From Candidatus Rokuibacteriota bacterium (GTDB lineage: Bacteria; Methylomirabilota; Methylomirabilia; Rokubacteriales; DASRDR01): DNA of 37,519 nt. Location: positions 1 through 37,519 of the forward strand of contig JBIOTN010000061.1 in assembly GCA_044866005.1 (NCBI GenBank), given 5' to 3'. A model generated the notes under the pieces. It did not search any database and was not told the DNA's origin. It saw only the letters and a list, made by a program, of their open reading frames with translations. Of this stretch, positions 1 to 8,629 are shown piece after piece. Each line of letters starts with the position of its first letter. Position 1 is the first letter of the stretch. A program made the position numbers and the translations under genes.

Positions 1-160
1 GGCCTCCTCCGCGGGGATCTCGGGAGCGCTCGGAGCGGAACCCTGTGACGGTTGCGGTCGTGCGGGCGGCCGGCCGTCGGCCTTCACCGACAGTCGCCCG
101 GGCGCGGGCTTGGGCGCGCCTCACCGCCCGCCGGCGCCGAAGCCGCGAGGGCGTCCGGCT

Positions 161-190
161 TTGACACTGGCGGGGCGGGGAGCGTACGCT
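161..190 (+). promoter_or_regulatory. sigma70-type promoter for the kinase-comA pair
   Basis: TTGACA (161-166), 18-nt spacer, TACGCT (185-190); GGAG at 201-204 precedes GTG 211. Confidence 0.6.
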
Positions 191-210
191 GAGCGTCGCC
201 GGAGCCGACC

Positions 211-1209
211 GTGGACCTCCATCGCCGCGCGATCCAGATCGTTCGCGCCCGCCTCGGCCTCGTGTCGACCGACGCGGAGCTGATCCGGCGGGACGAGTAC
301 TTCCGGGATCGCGTGCCGCAGTCGCTCCTGACCGACTACCACCGCGTGGACGAGATCCCGTGGGGGCCCGACCCCGGGGCGGTGGACGCGGAGTTCCACG
401 TCCTCGACCTCCCCGGGCTCGCGCCCACGGTCACCCTCGCGCCGGACCGCGTCGTCGCGGCCGGCGACTTCACGGCGCTCGAGGCGGCCGCCTCGGACCG
501 CCGCTACACGCTCTTCGGGAACCTCGGCCTCCTCTTCCGCTACGCCATCGTCGCGCTCGAGCGCTACCACGCCACGTGGTCCTTCCACGCCAGCGCCATG
601 GTGGACGACAAGGGGGACCTCTGGCTCATCCCGGGCGCGGCCGGGGCGGGGAAGACCGTCTTCCTGCTGGAGGGGCTCACCCGGGGCTGGACCATCTTCT
701 CGACCGAGATGACCCACGTCCGGCTCACCGACGGCGGGTACGAGGTCTACAAGGGGTCGCTCTTCGACAACATCCGCCTGGGCACGCTCCTCTACGACTT
801 TCCCGCCGTGATCGACCGCCTCGGGCTGACGCTGCCCGCCGCGAGGGACCCCTGGGGAAGCAAGATCACGCTCGATCTCGGCCACGCGGCGACGCCGGCG
901 GACGTGCTGCTGAGCCCGTCGCTGCGCATCGTGAGCCCGAAGGTCGAGTCGGGTCGCGACCGCGCGATCGTGGCGCGCCTGGACCGGCGGGAGAAGCTGG
1001 TCCGGCTGCTCTTCGACAACGCCACGGAAAAGCAGGGCGCCACACTGCTCCTCTACGACCGCCTCCCCCTCCCGTCGCTCGACACGCCGGAGCTGGCGGC
1101 GCGCCGCCTCCGCGCGATGGAGGCGCTGGTCGACCGCGCTACGATCAAGAGCGCGCGCACGACGCTCTGCGGCGCGCGGAACTGCCTGGAGGGCTTGCTC
1201 GATGCCTGA
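211..1209 (+). CDS. HPr kinase/PEPCK-like P-loop kinase-related protein
   Basis: FHASAMV...LWLIPGAAGAGKT (Walker A) followed by GWTIFSTE at the position of the HprK 'DD' motif; 8-nt overlap with comA. Confidence 0.6.
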   Translation: MDLHRRAIQIVRARLGLVSTDAELIRRDEYFRDRVPQSLLTDYHRVDEIPWGPDPGAVDAEFHVLDLPGLAPTVTLAPDRVVAAGDFTALEAAASDRRYTLFGNLGLLFRYAIVALERYHATWSFHASAMVDDKGDLWLIPGAAGAGKTVFLLEGLTRGWTIFSTEMTHVRLTDGGYEVYKGSLFDNIRLGTLLYDFPAVIDRLGLTLPAARDPWGSKITLDLGHAATPADVLLSPSLRIVSPKVESGRDRAIVARLDRREKLVRLLFDNATEKQGATLLLYDRLPLPSLDTPELAARRLRAMEALVDRATIKSARTTLCGARNCLEGLLDA

Positions 1210-2038
1210 GCGAAAGATGCGGGAAGAACCCGCCTGGGAGGGCGTGATCGCGCCCCCGGTCGGCGAGCGCGCCCGGAAGCCGCGCGAGAGCGGCTGGACC
1301 ATGGTGATCGACAAGGGGCTCGGCCTCCACGCGATCGACGACCTGATGCAGGCCGCCGCGGGCGCCATCGACGTCGTCAAGCTGACCTTCGGCACCTCGG
1401 CCTTCTTCGGCTACGACCTGCTGAAGGAGAAGGTGCGGACGATCACGGCCCACAAGGTGGCGTGCATGCCCGGCGGCACGCTCCAGGAGGTGGCCGTGTG
1501 GCAGGGCACCGTCGACCGCTACCTCGAGCGGGCGCGCGAGCTCGGCTTCGACGCCATCGAGATCTCGGACGGCACCATCGAGATGGATCGCCGGACCCGG
1601 GGCGAGGTGATCGTCAGGGCGGTGAAGGCCGGCTTCCGCGTCCTGTCGGAGGTCGGCAAGAAGGACCCGACCGACGCCCAGCCCATGGCCGTGCTCGCGG
1701 AGCTCGTCAACGAGGACCTCGACCACGGGGCGTTCATGGTGATCATGGAAGCCCGCGAGGCGGGGAAGGGGGTCGGGATCTACGACGCCTCGGGCCTCCC
1801 GAAGGAGGCCGAGATCGACGCCTTCCTCGCGGGGGTGAAGGACGCGAGCCGGATCCTCTGGGAGGCGCCGCTCGGGCCCCAGCAGCGCTACCTCGTCCTC
1901 CGCTTCGGGCCGAACGTGAACCTCGGCAACGTCGCGCCCGAGGACGTCCTGGCCCTCGAGGCGCTGCGCTGCGGGCTCCGCGGCGACACGCTCAAGCGGG
2001 CCTGGCGTCAGCCCCGGGACCCCGGACGATCGCCGTGA
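1202..2038 (+). CDS. comA: phosphosulfolactate synthase (ComA family)
   Basis: KPRESGWTMVIDKG, KLTFGTS, PGGTL, IEISDG, SEVGKKD, EARE-GKG-GI, WEAP, FGPNVNLGN, LEALRCGLRGDT. Confidence 0.92.
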   Translation: MPERKMREEPAWEGVIAPPVGERARKPRESGWTMVIDKGLGLHAIDDLMQAAAGAIDVVKLTFGTSAFFGYDLLKEKVRTITAHKVACMPGGTLQEVAVWQGTVDRYLERARELGFDAIEISDGTIEMDRRTRGEVIVRAVKAGFRVLSEVGKKDPTDAQPMAVLAELVNEDLDHGAFMVIMEAREAGKGVGIYDASGLPKEAEIDAFLAGVKDASRILWEAPLGPQQRYLVLRFGPNVNLGNVAPEDVLALEALRCGLRGDTLKRAWRQPRDPGRSP

Positions 2039-2283
2039 CCGGCGGCTCGACGCGGCGATCGTGCGACGCGTCGGCGTGCCGATGAGGGCGTGAGGCCGGC
2101 GCGCGCCCCCGCGTCGTCCGGCCCGCGGCTCCGCGCTTCCCGCCGCGGCAGCCCCCTCCGGCGGATTCACAGCGTGGGGGTTCTGTGCGATTCTAACCGC
2201 GGTGCCTACCGCTCGAACTCTCACGGCTTCTGACGGCGCCCACCGCCGCGAGACACCGCGCGCCGCGATCCGAAGCGCTTCCC

Positions 2284-2348
2284 GCGCCGGCTGCGCCGGC
2301 GCACCCTGCCGGGGGAGGGTCCGGGAGGGGGGCGGCGTCCCCCTCGCC
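2284..2348. repeat. two-hairpin intergenic element, copy 1 (REP-like or cis-regulatory RNA)
   Basis: GCGCCGGC-TGC-GCCGGCGC (2284-2302), linker, GGGGGAGG, then GAGGGGGGC-GGC-GTCCCCCTC (2325-2345); same layout as 25144-25211. Confidence 0.6.
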
Positions 2349-2353
2349 TAACC

Positions 2354-3880
2354 ATGCGCTACGGGTTCGTCATCGACCACACCCGGTGCATCGGCTGCCA
2401 CGCCTGCACCGTCGCCTGCAAGGAAGAGAACGCGGTCCCGCTCGGCGCCTTCCGCACCTGGGTCAAGTACGTCGAGAAGGGCGAGTTCCCGAATACCCGG
2501 CGCTACTTCGCGGTCCTGCGGTGTAACCACTGCGACGACGCGCCGTGCGTGACGATCTGTCCGACCGTCGCGCTCTACCGGCGGGCGGACGGGATCGTGG
2601 ACCTCGATCGTGACCGCTGCATCGGCTGCAAGGCGTGCATGCAGGCCTGCCCCTACGACGCCCTCTACGTCGACCCGGCGACGCACACGGCGGCGAAATG
2701 CCACTTCTGCGCCCACCGCGTCGAGCTGGGACTGGAACCGGCCTGCGTGATCGTCTGCCCCGAGCGCGCGATCCTGGCGGGCGACCTCGACGACCCCGCG
2801 AGCGAGGTCGCGCGCACCATCGCACGCGCCCAGGTGCTGGTGCGGAAGCCCGAGCAGGGGACCAAGCCCAAGCTCTTCTACGTGGGGGTGGACGAGGCGG
2901 CGCTCACCCCGCCGCCCCAGTCCGGCGGCGGCGCGACCCTGTGGGGCCGGCGCCCGGATGGCGCGCCCGGCCTCCCCGCGAGTCCGGGCGGCGACGGCGG
3001 AGCCGGCAAGCGTCGCAGCGGGCGGACGCCGAAGCCGCTCGACGCCCTGGGGCGCACGGTCTACGACGTCCCCCACGAGCCGCGGCCGTGGGGCCGGCGG
3101 GTGTCGCAGTACCTCTTCACGAAGGCGGTGGCCGCCGGGGCGGCGCTCGTCGCGGCGCTCGGCGCCCTCACCCCGTGGGCGCCCGCGGAAAGCCTCGCCC
3201 TGCCGCTCGTCGCGCTCCTCTTCCTCGCGGCGACGACGGCGCTGCTCGTCGTCGACCTCAAACGGCCCGAGCGCTTCCTCTACATCCTCCTCAAGCCGAA
3301 CCTGCGCTCCTGGCTGGTCTGGGGCGCGTGGATCCTCCTGGGCTTCGGCGCGGCGCTGGCCGGCTGGCTGCTCGCGCTCCTCGCCGCCCGGGGCGACTGG
3401 CTCCCCGCCCTGGCCGGCCCGCTCGCGGCGCTCGCGCTCGCGGCCGCCGGCTACAGCGCGTTCCTCTTCGCCCAGGCCGAGGGCCGCGACTTCTGGCAGA
3501 GCCCGCTCGTGCTCCCGCACCTCCTGGTGACCACGCTGGTGGCGGGGCCGGCCGTCGCCCTGCTGGCCCACGGCCCGGCACGGGCGATGCGCGGCCTGCT
3601 CCTCGTGGGGCTCGGCGTGAACCTGCTGCTCCTCCTGGCCGAGCTCTTCACCCCCCACGCCAGCCGGGACGCCGTGGCGGCGGCCCACGCGATCACCCAT
3701 GGCCCGTGGCGCGGCGTGTTCTGGGGCGGCGTCGTCGTGGGCGGGACGCTGGTGCCGGCCCTGCTCCTCGTGACCCCGCTCCCGCTGACGTCGGCCTTCG
3801 CGAGCCTGTTCGCCCTCGCCGGCCTCTATCTCTGGGAAGAGTGCTGGGTCGGGGCCGGGCAGGCCGTGCCGCTGAGCTGA
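2354..3880 (+). CDS. fused 4x[4Fe-4S] electron-transfer subunit (NrfC/PsrB/DmsB) + NrfD/PsrC-type membrane quinone-reactive anchor
   Basis: CIGCHACTVAC, CNHCDDAPCVTICP, CIGCKACMQACP, KCHFC...PACVIVCP; G/P-rich linker; then PWG..YLF, DLKRPERF, RSWL..GAW and about 8 hydrophobic helices. Confidence 0.9.
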   Translation: MRYGFVIDHTRCIGCHACTVACKEENAVPLGAFRTWVKYVEKGEFPNTRRYFAVLRCNHCDDAPCVTICPTVALYRRADGIVDLDRDRCIGCKACMQACPYDALYVDPATHTAAKCHFCAHRVELGLEPACVIVCPERAILAGDLDDPASEVARTIARAQVLVRKPEQGTKPKLFYVGVDEAALTPPPQSGGGATLWGRRPDGAPGLPASPGGDGGAGKRRSGRTPKPLDALGRTVYDVPHEPRPWGRRVSQYLFTKAVAAGAALVAALGALTPWAPAESLALPLVALLFLAATTALLVVDLKRPERFLYILLKPNLRSWLVWGAWILLGFGAALAGWLLALLAARGDWLPALAGPLAALALAAAGYSAFLFAQAEGRDFWQSPLVLPHLLVTTLVAGPAVALLAHGPARAMRGLLLVGLGVNLLLLLAELFTPHASRDAVAAAHAITHGPWRGVFWGGVVVGGTLVPALLLVTPLPLTSAFASLFALAGLYLWEECWVGAGQAVPLS

Positions 3881-3893
3881 GGGGGAAGGGGCG

Positions 3894-6752
3894 ATGACCG
3901 TCGAGCCGCTGAACCCCGCCGCGCAGGGCCTCGCCGCGCCGGCGGGCGGCCTCCAGAGCTTCCCGCCGGTCGCGCGCTGGGACGACTGGGAGGAGTACGA
4001 TCCCGGCGCGTGGCCGCGGAAGGTCCCGCGCCGCTTCCGGCTCGTCCCGACGATCTGCTTCAACTGCGAGGCCGCCTGCGGGCTCCTCGCCTACGTCGAC
4101 CGCGACACGCTCCGCATCCAGAAGTTCGAGGGGAACCCCGAGCACCCGGGCAGCCGCGGCCGGAACTGCGCGAAGGGGCCGGCCACGCTCAACCAGGTCT
4201 ACGACCCCGAGCGGCTCCGCTTTCCCATCCGGCGGGTCGGGCCGCGCGGCGGGGGGCGCTGGGAGCGGGTGAGCTGGGACCAGGTGCTCGACGACCTCGC
4301 CGGCCGCGTGCGCCGGGCGCTCGTGGAGGGCCGCCGGAACGAGATCATGTACCACGTGGGCCGGCCCGGACACGAGCTGGTCTACCACCAGCGGATCCTC
4401 CACGCCTGGGGGATCGACGGTCACAACTCCCACACCAACGTCTGCTCGGCCTCGGCCCGCGCCGGCTACGCCTTCTGGCACGGCCTCGACCGGCCCTCGC
4501 CCGACCACGCCAACGCGCGCTTCATCCTCTTGCTCTCCTCCCACCTCGAGAGCGGGCACTACTTCAACCCGCACGCTCAGCGGATCATCGACGGGAAAGC
4601 GCGCGGGGCGAAGGTCTGCGTCCTCGACACGCGCCTCTCCAACACGGCGTCCATGGCCGACTGGTGGCTCTCGCCGTGGCCGGGCACCGAGGCGGCCGTC
4701 CTCCTCGCGATGTGCCAGGTGTTGATCCGCGAGGGGCGCTACGATCGGGAGTTCCTCCGGCGCTGGGTCAACTGGGCGGACTACCTCCGCGACGAGCACC
4801 CCGACCGGCCCCCGACCTTCCAGACGTTCGAGGCGCTCCTCCCCACGCTCTACGCCGAGTACACGCCCGAGTTCGCCGAGCGGGAGTCCGGCGTCCCCGC
4901 CGCCACGATCGTCGAGGTGGCCCGGGAGGTCGCCCGGGCGGGCCCGGCCCTGGCCACCCACGTCTGGCGCAACGCCGCCGCCGGCAACCTCGGCGGCTGG
5001 CAGGTCGCCCGCGCGCTCGAGTGGCTCGTCGTCCTGGTGGGCGCGGTCGCGACCCCGGGCGGCACGGCCCCGAGCTTCTGGAACAAGGCGATCCCGGCGC
5101 CGCCGCTCATGCCCCCGCCCGCCAAGGTGTGGAGCGAGCTCCTGTATCCGCGCGAGTACCCGCTCGCCTTCTTCGAGATGAGCTTCCTCTTGCCGCACTT
5201 CCTGAAGGAGGGGCGCGGCAAGCTCGACGTCTACTTCACCCGCGTCTACAACCCCGTCTGGACCAATCCGGACGGCCTGTCCTGGATCGAGATGCTGACC
5301 GACGAGACCAAGGTCGGCCTCCACGCCTGCCTCACCCCGATCTGGAGCGAGACGGCCTGGTTCGCCGACTACGTCCTCCCCATGGGGCACGGCTCGGAGC
5401 GCCACGACCTCATGAGCCAGGAGACCCACGCGGCGCGGTGGATCGGGTTCCGGCAGCCCGTGCTCCGCGTCGCGCTCGAGCGGGCCGGGCGCCGCTTCGC
5501 CACGACCTGGGAGGCGCACGCCGCGGCAGGGCTCGGGGAGATCTGGGAGGAGGACGAGTTCTGGATCGAGCTGTCGTGGCGCGTGGACCCGGACGGCGCC
5601 CTCGGGATCCGCCGCTACTTCGAGTCCCCTTACCGGCCGGGCGAGAAGCTCACGGTGGAGGAGTTCTACCACTGGATGTTCGAGCACTCCGTCCCGGGCC
5701 TGCCCGCGGCGGCGGCCAAGGTCGGGCTCTCCCCGCTCGAGTACATGCGCACCTACGGCGCCTTCCTCGTCGAGGACGGCGTCTACCGGACCCACGAGAC
5801 CCGCGTGGGGTCCGCGGACCTGGCCGGCGCGACCGTGGACCCCGTCTCCGGGGTCATCCGGAAGGGCCGCGCCGAGATCGGCGTGGAGATCGATGGGCAG
5901 CCCATGATCGGCTTCCCCACGCCCTCCCGGCGGCTGGAGTTCTACTCGCGGACGCTCAAGGAGTGGAAGTGGCCGGAGCACGCGCTGCCGGGCTACATCC
6001 GGAGCCACGTCCACTGGTCGCAGCTCGACCGGGCCCGGAACGAGTTCCTGCTGCTGCCGACCTTCCGGCTGCCCACCCTCATCCACACGCGCTCCGGTAA
6101 CGCGAAGTGGCTCTACGAGATCTCCCACTCCAACCCCGTCTGGATCCATCCGCGCGACGCCGAGCGCCTGGACGTCGGGACGGACGACCTCGTGAAGATC
6201 ACGACCGAGATCGGCTCGTTCGTCGACCGCGCCTGGCTCACGGAGGCGATCCGGCCCGGGATCGTCGCGTGCTCCCACCACCTGGGGCGCTGGCGCCTCG
6301 CCGAGGAGACGGGCGGCAGCCGCTGGGCCACGGCCCTGGTGGACCTCCGGCCGGTCGAGCCGGGGCGGTGGCAGATGCGGACCGTCCACGGCGTGCGGCC
6401 GTTCGCGAGCGAGGACCCGGACTCGAGCCGGATCTTCTGGGAAGACGCCGGCGTCCACCAGAACCTGACCTTCCCCGTCCAGCCCGATCCGGTGAGCGGC
6501 CAGCACTGCTGGCACCAGAAGGTGCGGGTCGAGCGCGCCGGCGTGGCTGACCGGTACGGCGACGTGATGGTGGACACGGCGAAGGCGCACGAGGTCTACC
6601 GCCGCTGGCTCGACCTCACCCGCCCGGCCCCGGGGCCGGGCGGACTCCGCCGCCCGCTCTGGCTGCCGCGCGCCTACAAGCCGGACCCCGAGAGCTACCG
6701 CCTGGAGGACTGGACGTCGGAGGGGCTGAGGCCCTCGTCGGACCGGCCGTGA
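3894..6752 (+). CDS. molybdopterin (Mo/W-bisPGD) oxidoreductase catalytic subunit, DMSO reductase superfamily, no Tat signal
   Basis: CFNCEAAC...NCAKG [4Fe-4S] motif, YDPERLRFP, SWDQVLD, putative Cys ligand in HNSHTNVCS, SETAWFADYVLP, C-terminal WIHPRDA dinucleotide-binding domain. Confidence 0.9.
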   Translation: MTVEPLNPAAQGLAAPAGGLQSFPPVARWDDWEEYDPGAWPRKVPRRFRLVPTICFNCEAACGLLAYVDRDTLRIQKFEGNPEHPGSRGRNCAKGPATLNQVYDPERLRFPIRRVGPRGGGRWERVSWDQVLDDLAGRVRRALVEGRRNEIMYHVGRPGHELVYHQRILHAWGIDGHNSHTNVCSASARAGYAFWHGLDRPSPDHANARFILLLSSHLESGHYFNPHAQRIIDGKARGAKVCVLDTRLSNTASMADWWLSPWPGTEAAVLLAMCQVLIREGRYDREFLRRWVNWADYLRDEHPDRPPTFQTFEALLPTLYAEYTPEFAERESGVPAATIVEVAREVARAGPALATHVWRNAAAGNLGGWQVARALEWLVVLVGAVATPGGTAPSFWNKAIPAPPLMPPPAKVWSELLYPREYPLAFFEMSFLLPHFLKEGRGKLDVYFTRVYNPVWTNPDGLSWIEMLTDETKVGLHACLTPIWSETAWFADYVLPMGHGSERHDLMSQETHAARWIGFRQPVLRVALERAGRRFATTWEAHAAAGLGEIWEEDEFWIELSWRVDPDGALGIRRYFESPYRPGEKLTVEEFYHWMFEHSVPGLPAAAAKVGLSPLEYMRTYGAFLVEDGVYRTHETRVGSADLAGATVDPVSGVIRKGRAEIGVEIDGQPMIGFPTPSRRLEFYSRTLKEWKWPEHALPGYIRSHVHWSQLDRARNEFLLLPTFRLPTLIHTRSGNAKWLYEISHSNPVWIHPRDAERLDVGTDDLVKITTEIGSFVDRAWLTEAIRPGIVACSHHLGRWRLAEETGGSRWATALVDLRPVEPGRWQMRTVHGVRPFASEDPDSSRIFWEDAGVHQNLTFPVQPDPVSGQHCWHQKVRVERAGVADRYGDVMVDTAKAHEVYRRWLDLTRPAPGPGGLRRPLWLPRAYKPDPESYRLEDWTSEGLRPSSDRP

Positions 6753-6786
6753 GGCGCGGCCGCGAACTGCGCCGCCTGGAGGACTG

Positions 6787-8511
6787 ATGCCGCAGAAGAC
6801 GATCCGCGTGGAGACCGTCGCCCAGGCCTACCTGGAGATCCTGCGCGAGCGCGGGATCGACTGCTTCTTCGGGAACGCCGGCACCGACTTCGCCTCCATC
6901 ATCGACGGCTTCGCCAAGTTCGCCGCCGAGGGCAAGGCGACGCCGCGGCCCATCCTGGTCCCCCACGAGTTCGCCGCGGTGTCGATGGCGCACGGCTACT
7001 ACGCGGTGACCGGGCGACCCCAGGTCGTCATGGTCCACGTGACCGTGGGGACGGCCAACGCCATCGGCGCCATCATCAACGCCGCGCGCACCCACACCCC
7101 CGTCATCTTCACCGCGGGCCGGACGCCGGTCACGGAGGAGGGCGGGCTCCGGGGCGCGCGCGACACGTACATCCACTGGGCGCAGGAGGCCTTCGACCAG
7201 GCGGGGATGCTGCGGGAGTTCGTGAAGTGGGACTACGAGCTCCGCCAGGCGGTGCACCTGGAGGGCGTCGTGGACCGGGCGCTCGAGGTCGCCATGGCCG
7301 AGCCGCGCGGACCGGTCTACCTCATGCTGCCGCGCGAGGTGCTGGCCCAGCCGCTCGGGGAGATCACGATCACCTCGCCGGCGCGCCGGAACGTGGAGAG
7401 CCGGCGCTACCCCGACCCGGCGCGGATCGACGAGGCGGCGGCGATCCTGGCCGAGGCCCGCGCGCCGCTGATCGTCACCTCGGCCGCCGGTCGCGTTCCC
7501 GCCGCCGTCCCGGCGCTCGTGGGCCTGGCCGAGGCGGGCGCGATCGCGGTCGTGGAGGCGAACCCCACCTGCATGAACTTCCCGGCGGACCATCCCTGCC
7601 ACCTGGGCTACGCCTTCGCCACGCTCCCGCACCCCGCGATCACGGAGGCCGACGCCATCCTGGTCGTGGACTGCGACGTGCCCTGGTTCCCGTCGCGCGC
7701 CAAGCCGAGGGACGACGCGAAGGTCGTCCACCTGGCGACCGATCCCTTCTACAGCCGGTACCCCATGCGCTCGTATCCCTGCGACGTCCCCCTCGCGGCG
7801 GAGTCGGCCGTCGCGCTGCCGCTCCTGGCCGAGGCGGTGCGGCGGCGCGTCCCGACGAAGGACGTGGAGGCCCGGCGGGAGCGCCTCGTCTCGCTCCACC
7901 GGGCGAGCCGCGCCGCCTGGGCGGAGGCGGCGGCGGCCGAGCGGACGCGGACGCCCATCGGCTTCCAGTGGGCCGCGCGCTGCCTGCGCGAGGTCCTGAC
8001 CTCCGACACCCTGGTCGTCAACGAGTACCCGCTCGACCTGCGCCACGCGCCGCCGCCGGCCCCGGGCTCCTACCTGGCGCATCCGCCGTCGGGCGGGCTC
8101 GGCTGGGGATTCGGCGCGGCCCTGGGCGCGAAGCTCGGCGCGCCGGAGCGGACCGTGATCGCGGCCCTCGGCGACGGCGCGTACATCTTCGGCGCCCCCA
8201 CGGCCTGTCACTACGTCGCGCGCCTGCACGGCCTGCCCATCCTGACCGTGGTCTTCAACAACGAGTCCTGGGACGCCGTGAAGTTCGCCGCCCTCGGCGT
8301 CCACCCGGACGGCTGGGCGGCGTCGACCAACGCCGTGCCGCTCTCGAGCCTCGCCCCGGCGCCGCGCTACGAGGAGATCGTGCGCGCCTTCGACGGCCAC
8401 GGCGAGCGGGTGGAAGCGCCGGAGGCGCTCCCCGGCGCCCTCCAGCGCGCGCTCCGGGCCGTGCGCGAGGAGCGGCGCCAGGCGCTCCTCAACGTCGTCT
8501 GCCGGCGCTGA
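6787..8511 (+). CDS. thiamine diphosphate-dependent enzyme (acetolactate synthase/benzoylformate decarboxylase-like, substrate unknown)
   Basis: FGNAGTDF, catalytic Glu in PHEFAA, GPVYLMLP, GDGA...VVFNN ThDP-binding motif; GGAGG RBS. Confidence 0.88.
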   Translation: MPQKTIRVETVAQAYLEILRERGIDCFFGNAGTDFASIIDGFAKFAAEGKATPRPILVPHEFAAVSMAHGYYAVTGRPQVVMVHVTVGTANAIGAIINAARTHTPVIFTAGRTPVTEEGGLRGARDTYIHWAQEAFDQAGMLREFVKWDYELRQAVHLEGVVDRALEVAMAEPRGPVYLMLPREVLAQPLGEITITSPARRNVESRRYPDPARIDEAAAILAEARAPLIVTSAAGRVPAAVPALVGLAEAGAIAVVEANPTCMNFPADHPCHLGYAFATLPHPAITEADAILVVDCDVPWFPSRAKPRDDAKVVHLATDPFYSRYPMRSYPCDVPLAAESAVALPLLAEAVRRRVPTKDVEARRERLVSLHRASRAAWAEAAAAERTRTPIGFQWAARCLREVLTSDTLVVNEYPLDLRHAPPPAPGSYLAHPPSGGLGWGFGAALGAKLGAPERTVIAALGDGAYIFGAPTACHYVARLHGLPILTVVFNNESWDAVKFAALGVHPDGWAASTNAVPLSSLAPAPRYEEIVRAFDGHGERVEAPEALPGALQRALRAVREERRQALLNVVCRR

Positions 8512-8532
8512 GGGCGGAGGATCGGTACGGGG

Positions 8533-8627
8533 CCCGCGCGGAGAAACGGCGAGGCCCGCCTCACCCGTACAGGACGGCGATCGAGGCGGGCCTCGGCGCT
8601 CGTGTCGAGCGCGCGCGTCCGCGCGGG
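8533..8627. terminator. branched stem-loop between convergent genes, probable bidirectional terminator or stability element
   Basis: outer CCCGCGCGGA (8533-8542)/TCCGCGCGGG (8618-8627) encloses a 13-bp stem (8550-8562/8583-8595) and a 7-bp hairpin (8596-8612); no U-tract. Confidence 0.5.
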
Positions 8628-8629
8628 GT

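Noticed and set aside
1..120. Gene at the left edge
   Set aside because: Only an SD-like GGAGGAGG on the minus strand (3-10) is visible, hinting at a divergent gene starting outside the window; no CDS can be supported.
1202..2038. Evidence for methanogen-type coenzyme M biosynthesis
   Set aside because: comA alone is widespread in bacteria; no other com or xcb genes are in the window.
2161..2230. AT-richer patch between comA and the Mo operon as a riboswitch (Moco) or sRNA
   Set aside because: I could not match a known consensus by eye; probably promoter DNA. An Rfam scan would settle it.
3894..6752. Calling the Mo enzyme formate dehydrogenase, nitrate reductase or a selenoprotein
   Set aside because: No Fdh-type C/U-H active-site motif, no in-frame TGA, and the partner is NrfC/NrfD type; substrate left open.
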